This document shows positions 58,120-64,000 of a stretch of 64,000 nucleotides of DNA, one piece after another. Position 1 is the first letter of the stretch. Every line of letters begins with the position of its first letter. The notes beneath the pieces were generated by a model. That model was not told where the DNA came from. It worked only from the letters and a program-made list of their open reading frames with translations, and ran no database searches. The position numbers and the translations under genes were made by a program. Source of the DNA: Candidatus Anstonellales archaeon (GTDB lineage: Archaea > Micrarchaeota > Micrarchaeia > Anstonellales > J096); NCBI GenBank assembly GCA_038890745.1, contig JAWAFD010000005.1:1-64000 (forward strand), read 5' to 3'.

Positions 58120-59355
58120 CTACCTAGACAACTGACTATTAAATAAGGATTTTTTTAGTAAAAAATCTATGGCGGAAAGGTATGTTATTCCGGACTCTAT
58201 CTCAAAGCTCGGAGGATAGAGTGTGATCAAGAATTTCTTTATTCCTTTCTTAAGGGAAACTAAACCCTCTGTTTCTCGGGCAAATGTTTTTTTATCATTT
58301 ATTTCATAACTTGCGTTTATTCCTGCGACTGGCCTCATATTGTCGGCAAGCAAAAAATCAACCTCTCTTTTTTTCTGCTCATAAAATATATTATATCTTT
58401 GGTATGACTTTAACTCATTATAAATAATATTTTCAAAAAGACGTGTTCTGTCCACGGTTGAGGAGGGCAAAATTGTAGAGAATGCTGTATCAACAGCGTA
58501 CACTTTCTTAGGATTTGCTTCCTGGATTCTAAGTGAAGGACTGTATTTGTTTACAACATCTAAAAGAAAGGCTTGAGTAAGATAGAATATGTATCCCTTT
58601 ACCGTGCTTTCATGATCTAATCCACAATAATCTTTGAGTTTTCTGTAGGAGAACCTGCTCCCTACGTTTGAAATAAGAAAAACTGCGAGTTTATGCAAAG
58701 AGTCTGGTTTTTTTATGGAAAAACGAGGGATTATGTCTCGGTAGAGAATTCTGTTAAAATACTCCGCAGCAAGTGTTTTCTCATTCGTTAGAACTACCCT
58801 GGGAAATCCTCCAAGGTCTATATATTTCTCAAGTTGAGATCTAAGCTCATCTCGGTCACTTGTTTTTATTTTCCTAAATAGCAGGAATTCCCTAAAAGAA
58901 AGAGGCCGGATGATGTACGTTATCGTCCTTCCTGTAAGAGCTGTGGAAAATTCTGAACACAATAGTTTTGAGTTTGAACCGGAAACAAAAACCTTAACTC
59001 TGCGGTTGATTCTGGATGCAAATTTTTCCCATCCTTTTACATTCTGAACCTCATCTAAATAAAGAATCTTCTCTTTTTTTTCATTAATAATGGAGAGTAG
59101 TTTTTCAAAATCAGAATAGTCGAAGTTTATAAGCCTCTCATCCTCAAAATTTATGTAAACCCCACCATACTTTTTTGCTAGGGAATAGAGAACAAATGTT
59201 TTTCCTGACCTCCTCACGCCAGCAATAACACTAACCTCTTCAAATTTTAAGCTTTTTTCCAATTCTGGGAGGATTTCTCTTTCTATGGGATTCTCCTTTC
59301 TAATCAATTCTTCGTATGAAAGTACTGTTTCCCTCAGCTCCTCACGACCTAGCAT
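58120..59355 (-). CDS. AAA+ ATPase, AAA_14/DUF4143 type
   Basis: GVRRSGKT, YINFEDER, LDEVQ, SGSNSKLL, GGFP, KKVYAVD, EVDF. Confidence 0.9.
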   Translation of the reverse strand: MLGREELRETVLSYEELIRKENPIEREILPELEKSLKFEEVSVIAGVRRSGKTFVLYSLAKKYGGVYINFEDERLINFDYSDFEKLLSIINEKKEKILYLDEVQNVKGWEKFASRINRRVKVFVSGSNSKLLCSEFSTALTGRTITYIIRPLSFREFLLFRKIKTSDRDELRSQLEKYIDLGGFPRVVLTNEKTLAAEYFNRILYRDIIPRFSIKKPDSLHKLAVFLISNVGSRFSYRKLKDYCGLDHESTVKGYIFYLTQAFLLDVVNKYSPSLRIQEANPKKVYAVDTAFSTILPSSTVDRTRLFENIIYNELKSYQRYNIFYEQKKREVDFLLADNMRPVAGINASYEINDKKTFARETEGLVSLKKGIKKFLITLYPPSFEIESGITYLSAIDFLLKKSLFNSQLSR

Positions 59356-59389
59356 AATTAATTAAAAAAAAGAAGTATTTTTAAATGTT

Positions 59390-59435
59390 CGCATTGCAGT
59401 GCGCAATTTTTTGAATTTTTGCGCAATACTATGCG
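59390..59435. promoter_or_regulatory. Two-armed palindrome upstream of the ATPase (putative operator)
   Basis: CGCAT..TGCGCAA...TTGCGCA..ATGCG. Confidence 0.55.
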
Positions 59436-59443
59436 CGAATAAC

Positions 59444-59866
59444 TCATCTTGACCCAATAGGAGAGAATAGTTCTTTTACTTTTCCTTCTATTAATTTTTC
59501 TATTCCAAACTCTCTTTTTGTGTGTGCTTTTATTACAAATGCCTTCCAAGGCATTCCGCGGGAAAATGCAACCTTCACCCTTCTATGTCCATCAAGGATT
59601 ATCCTTTTCCCCTCTTTTTCTAAAACTATTATAGGAGTAGAATAATTGTATCGTGTTATTGCCTCATTTATTTCCTTTGCGTACTCATCAAATGTTGCTT
59701 TCTGCTCTTCACCCGGATAGGTATAGTAAAGCTCTCCTAGCTCTGCAGAGGTAAGAATCTTTTCTTCCCGGTCGAATATCTCTTCTGGGTAGAGCCGCTG
59801 GTAGTATGCAATAAGCTTTTCAAAAAGCTCCCTTTCCCTTTTTTCATCAATCAAACCTACGGGCAT
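59444..59866 (-). CDS. ParB/sulfiredoxin-like domain protein
   Basis: PIIV....IILDGHRR. Confidence 0.75.
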   Translation of the reverse strand: MPVGLIDEKRERELFEKLIAYYQRLYPEEIFDREEKILTSAELGELYYTYPGEEQKATFDEYAKEINEAITRYNYSTPIIVLEKEGKRIILDGHRRVKVAFSRGMPWKAFVIKAHTKREFGIEKLIEGKVKELFSPIGSR

Positions 59867-59916
59867 GAAATCACCAAAAAGAGTAGGGTTGGAATATTAA
59901 TAAATATTGCGGATGG

Positions 59917-60471
59917 TCAGCGCAGCCCAGCAACCGCTCTATCAAGAAGCTCTGCGCTCCAATCCACCCTATCCCCTCTCTTTCTTTTTCCTTTTATCAG
60001 GCTTAGTATTAACTCTATGTTTTCTTCTAACCTGCGCGCGCTGGAGTTTATTTCAAAAATCTTTGCCTTTTTGTAATTCATTTTTGCTTTTACAGAAAAA
60101 TAGTCCAAAAGCTCTACGAGAACATTATCCTCTATTTTTTTCTCACCATACCCTCTTTTTTTCATTCTTTTCACAAGTCTATCTGGATGGCAGCGGATTA
60201 CAAAGACATAATCCGCTTTGAGCGGGAATTCACAGAGAAGATGGCCTTCAAAAATAATATTTTTTGATCTTCCGTAATATTTGTTCAGTTTTGCCCGCAG
60301 CTCTTTAACATCAACTATCCGGGCTTTTTTTGCCCGGTCATAGCCGGAAAAAATTTTTTTCTCCTTTACAAAATCAGAAATATGAAGAAGCTTGTGGTTT
60401 AATTTTTTGGAGAGTTTTTTTGCGAGGGTTGTTTTTCCTGAGCAGGGAGAGCCGGTTAGAACTATGCGCAT
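59917..60471 (-). CDS. Adenylate kinase (archaeal AK6/Fap7 type)
   Basis: LTGSPCSGKTT, EGH, RC.P..L..R...RGY...KI.DN. Confidence 0.88.
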   Translation of the reverse strand: MRIVLTGSPCSGKTTLAKKLSKKLNHKLLHISDFVKEKKIFSGYDRAKKARIVDVKELRAKLNKYYGRSKNIIFEGHLLCEFPLKADYVFVIRCHPDRLVKRMKKRGYGEKKIEDNVLVELLDYFSVKAKMNYKKAKIFEINSSARRLEENIELILSLIKGKRKRGDRVDWSAELLDRAVAGLR

Positions 60472-60498
60472 GCGAGGAATTGAAAGAAAGGGTTTAAA

Positions 60499-61539
60499 TC
60501 ATTTCTTCAATTTTCCCCTCATCTTCGCGTATATTGCATAAGGAACATATTTTTTCCTGTTTATGTAATCCATTGTTTTTGGTGCTTTATCCGCTTTTTC
60601 TTTTATTTTTTCCGTAACTTCAATAAAAAACGAATCGCTTCCCGCCCCGCTTCCAAAACTTGTTAAAAGAATTTTATCACCGGGTTTTGCAATATCCAGA
60701 ACAGCAGAGAGACCAAGAATGGATGCGCCAGAGTAGGTATTCCCAATAACCGGTGTGAGAAGGCCAGGAAGGAGCTTTTCCTTCGGAATTCCAAGCATCT
60801 TTGCAGCCCGGAGAGGGAATTTTGCATTCGGCTGGTGGAAAATAACATAATCATAATCCTCTATTTTTGTTTTTGTTTTTGCAAGAAGGCCGTTTGTTGC
60901 TCCTAAAATGTGCTTAAAATACGCTGGCTCTCCTGTAAACCTCGCCCCATGGCTCGGATAGTCTGCTCCCTGCCTTCTCCAGAAATCAGGAGTATCTGTT
61001 GTAAAAGAGTATGTTGCCTTTATTACTGCCAGGCTTTCGCTTTCAGGACCGATTATAAAAGCAGCCCCTCCTGAACCTGCTGAGTATTCCAGCGCATCGC
61101 CCGGCTTCCCCTGTGCAGTGTCCGCGCCTATAGCCATTCCATACTTTATGTATCCTGCGTCCACAAGCCCCATGCACATCTGCATCCCTGCTGTTCCTGC
61201 TTTGCATGCAAACTCCAAATCCGCAGCAGTAAGCTCGGGTGTGGCGTCTATTGCTTCTGCAACTGTTGAAGCCGTTGGGTTTACTGCATAAGGATGACTC
61301 TCGCTTCCAACATAAATAGCACCTATTTCCTTTCCATCTATCCCTGCTCTCTTTAATGCATTTCTTGCAGCTTCAACCGCAATAGTGGTGGTGTCCTCAT
61401 CCACTCCTGCAACTGCTTTTTCCTTTATTCCTAAACCCTCTTCTATCCTCTTCGGATCCTCCCCCCAAACCTCTGCTATCTCTTTGGTTGTTATTCGGTA
61501 AGTTGGAACGTACGCTCCATACCCTATAATGCCTGCCAT
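60499..61539 (-). CDS. Hydroxymethylglutaryl-CoA synthase (archaeal type)
   Basis: [45 protein letters not shown]. Confidence 0.95.
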   Translation of the reverse strand: MAGIIGYGAYVPTYRITTKEIAEVWGEDPKRIEEGLGIKEKAVAGVDEDTTTIAVEAARNALKRAGIDGKEIGAIYVGSESHPYAVNPTASTVAEAIDATPELTAADLEFACKAGTAGMQMCMGLVDAGYIKYGMAIGADTAQGKPGDALEYSAGSGGAAFIIGPESESLAVIKATYSFTTDTPDFWRRQGADYPSHGARFTGEPAYFKHILGATNGLLAKTKTKIEDYDYVIFHQPNAKFPLRAAKMLGIPKEKLLPGLLTPVIGNTYSGASILGLSAVLDIAKPGDKILLTSFGSGAGSDSFFIEVTEKIKEKADKAPKTMDYINRKKYVPYAIYAKMRGKLKK

Positions 61540-61649
61540 ATAATCACGGTTTGCTTAATTTAAAGATGGGTTTAAAAAATTAGCGAAAACTAGTTCGGCA
61601 ATCGCAGAATGGAAAGGTATTTAAACCTTATTTAACATTAAATTATAAC

Positions 61650-62573
61650 ATGAGAAAAATAACAAAAGGGGTCAAAAATTTTGCTATCGCCGCAGGGATT
61701 ATGGTAGCAAGTTTATTCCCAAACAAACTGGTGGAAGGAAAAACCTATGATACTGAATTGACACAAAGCGTGGCGCAAATTTTGGATAAAAGGTACGAGA
61801 ATGATACAACTGAAACAGGAAGAAAGTGGAGAATAATTTCAAATAAGGAAAATATAACCGCAAATGATGTATACGATTTTTTGAGTGGAAATTTGAGTGC
61901 AATAATGTATGTTGAAGATATATGCCCTACATGCGTACTAGGGTTGGCTGAAATAATAAGAAGGCAAAACTTAGAAAGTCAGGGAAGTAATAAGGAAGGA
62001 AATGGCGGGGTAGATATCAAACCGAGCGGACAAAGCGAGCAAGAAAAACCGAAACCAGAAGGGAAGGGGATTTCACAAGAAGCAAAGAACTTCTTTAGCA
62101 AAAAAATAGAGGTTGGAGGGAAGAAAATGAGTGCATTGGAGTATTTAATAGCATGCGGGTATACAAATGAAGAGATAGAAGCAATTTATGGAAAAATAAA
62201 AAAAGACTGGGAAAATGTAACTCCGAATTTGAACATGGAATTTCTTGATGCCTATGCACTAGAAGTTACGGGAAGAGTTTTGAAACCAACCGAACCAAAC
62301 AACGAGCTTACGCAAGCTCAGATAGATAGTTTGAGGAGTTGGGCGCTGGATACCCTTCAGGCGACATTTGAAAACTCATTGGGGGCTGCGAAAAAACTTT
62401 GGGATAACTATTACAAATGGGGGGACAAAAGTCTTGATGGGGTATACAAGTTCTGCCTTGATGTGAGAAGTTTGTGCGACAAAAGACAAGGAGAAGTAGT
62501 CCAAACGGTGATAGATAAGATAGGTCTATACACAAAAGAGAGAAAAGAAACCCAAGAAGAAATGCGAAAATGA
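61650..62573 (+). CDS. Hypothetical exported protein
   Basis: N-terminal basic then hydrophobic segment; CPTC motif; low-complexity linker. Confidence 0.65.
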   Translation: MRKITKGVKNFAIAAGIMVASLFPNKLVEGKTYDTELTQSVAQILDKRYENDTTETGRKWRIISNKENITANDVYDFLSGNLSAIMYVEDICPTCVLGLAEIIRRQNLESQGSNKEGNGGVDIKPSGQSEQEKPKPEGKGISQEAKNFFSKKIEVGGKKMSALEYLIACGYTNEEIEAIYGKIKKDWENVTPNLNMEFLDAYALEVTGRVLKPTEPNNELTQAQIDSLRSWALDTLQATFENSLGAAKKLWDNYYKWGDKSLDGVYKFCLDVRSLCDKRQGEVVQTVIDKIGLYTKERKETQEEMRK

Positions 62574-62584
62574 ACTAATGTCCA

Positions 62585-63118
62585 CTAGATAAAATATCTG
62601 TTTATTTTTTCGCTTTCTACAAACTCCTTTATTTTTTCTAAATTCAAATAATCGCTCCTTCTCAAAAATGCGATGAATTTTCCTAAAAGGACATTTGCTT
62701 TATGCTCATCTATGTTCAGAGCATTCAAAACTTTTTTTATGTACGCGACCGCTTCTTTTTTCTCTTCCTCATCAACATAGGCAAGTTTTATTGAAATTAT
62801 TTTTCCAAAAACATCTATCCTTACGACATCCTCTTCTGCAATCTCCTCAAGCTCCTCTCCTTCTTTAACTGCAATCGCTTCAAGTTCCTTCCACAAACTT
62901 GCTGGAAGGTACTCTAGAATATCTTTTTTGTCGTTCAAAAAATCATAAAGAATCGCTGGTGTAAGTTTTTCGTCTCCGTAGGAATATGGGGAGAGGAATT
63001 CCATAAGTTTTTCCCTTGCAACCCCCCTTGCTCTCATCAACTCATGAATGACAGCTATCATGACAGGGATCTCGCTTGGCTCCGCCTCAAAACGAATGCT
63101 TTCTATAAAGGTTTCCAT
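62585..63118 (-). CDS. Hypothetical acidic protein
   Basis: 177-aa ORF, no recognised motif. Confidence 0.6.
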   Translation of the reverse strand: METFIESIRFEAEPSEIPVMIAVIHELMRARGVAREKLMEFLSPYSYGDEKLTPAILYDFLNDKKDILEYLPASLWKELEAIAVKEGEELEEIAEEDVVRIDVFGKIISIKLAYVDEEEKKEAVAYIKKVLNALNIDEHKANVLLGKFIAFLRRSDYLNLEKIKEFVESEKINRYFI

Positions 63119-63167
63119 AAGGATTAATTAATGGCGCGGATATAAAAATGTTTTCTGTCATTTTTTC

Positions 63168-64000
63168 ATGATGGTTGTTCTTTGCAGATTCTGTAATGAG
63201 AGGTTTAAGAAAAAATTCAAAGAGGGCGAGTGCTACATATGCAAAGGGAATGTCGAAAAAATAATAAGAAATGTTGAAAAGGTAGACATAAAATTACCGG
63301 TGAAAAACGCTGAGTCTTTCTCCATCTCCACAGCAATCCCGAAAGAGGTTGTTTTAAGAGAGGAGGACGTATTCGACATCGTTTTGGGCGAGAGTATAAA
63401 AAGCTGGCTGAATGCAAAGGTTGTTGAGATTCTAGCAAAAAAAACAAAACTGAAATACAAGGCAACATATTCTGATGTAAATTTTACTATTGATTGGAGC
63501 GGGAATGTTTTTGCTTCTGTGAAAAACCTTTTCATATTCGGAAGGTACAAAAAATATTCTAATGAGATAAGCCAAAGTAAGGGATACTGGAAGGGAAAGG
63601 GAAGCGTTGAAGAGAGTATAGGAGAGGTGATGGAGGAGGAATGCGAAGGAACGCGCCATAGTCTGCATGCCTCTGGGAGGGAGGATGTGGATGCCCTGAA
63701 TTTTGCAGGCAGGCCCTTTGTTATGGAGATTTACAGCGCAAAGGAGAGAAAACCGGATTTGGAAAAAATTAAGAGGAGAATAGATGAAACCGGAGTTGTC
63801 GAGGTAAGCGATTTGAGAATTGTTGATGGAAGCGCTGTTGCGATAATTACAGATTCTCATTTTGATAAGAGGTATAGAGCCTATCTAAGCGAAGAATTGA
63901 GCGAGGGGCAGAAGAAAAAAATAAAGGAATGTATAGAAGGAAAGATAATAGAGCAGTGGACGCCGAAAAGAGTTGAGAGAAGAAGGGCAAAGAAAATTAG
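63168..64000 (+). CDS. pus10: tRNA pseudouridine synthase Pus10 (runs off the window end; absent from the ORF track)
   Basis: Manual translation from 63168: MMVVLCRFC...CYICKG...LHASGREDVDA...GRPFVMEI. Confidence 0.88.
   Translation, partial: MMVVLCRFCNERFKKKFKEGECYICKGNVEKIIRNVEKVDIKLPVKNAESFSISTAIPKEVVLREEDVFDIVLGESIKSWLNAKVVEILAKKTKLKYKATYSDVNFTIDWSGNVFASVKNLFIFGRYKKYSNEISQSKGYWKGKGSVEESIGEVMEEECEGTRHSLHASGREDVDALNFAGRPFVMEIYSAKERKPDLEKIKRRIDETGVVEVSDLRIVDGSAVAIITDSHFDKRYRAYLSEELSEGQKKKIKECIEGKIIEQWTPKRVERRRAKKI

Noticed and set aside
63217..63860. Three minus-strand ORFs at the right end
   Set aside because: Shadows of plus-strand pus10, which the track misses because it has no stop codon in the window.

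Overview
Chromosomal segment of a small archaeon, most likely DPANN and probably Micrarchaeota-like (inferred from gene content: class I LysRS, PriS/PriL, RFC-L, AglB, archaeal S-layer protein, two FtsZ, Pus10, stand-alone 5S rRNA, tRNAs with T-loop introns). Housekeeping genes occupy about 0.2-10.3 kb and 34-64 kb. The standout is 13.0-34.1 kb. A minus-strand operon of six paralogous multi-pass membrane proteins (VirB6/CedA-like by inference) and a 1230-aa Cys-rich lipoprotein ends in a 772-aa membrane protein (gene A, 21221-23539). Gene A is followed by five 5'-truncated cassettes carrying alternative C-termini. Each C-terminus, including A's own, sits tail-to-tail with a small plus-strand exported protein (B1-B6) that has its own promoter copy, a related leader and a variable body. 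B subtypes co-vary with A C-terminal subtypes, and the shared repeats are mosaic. Together this suggests a recombination-switched library of cognate pairs (effector/immunity, exclusion or self-recognition). Other observations: two AAA+ ATPase genes each bracketed by its own palindromic ~50-bp direct repeat; an MNT-HEPN pair bracketed by a 28-bp duplication at the 5S rRNA 3' end; two tRNAs with T-loop introns, one of 138 nt that shares 23 bp with a hairpin cluster at the window start; a probable pseudoknot in the S-layer 5' UTR; and four toxin-antitoxin pairs. All family assignments are from motif recognition by eye; no searches were run.
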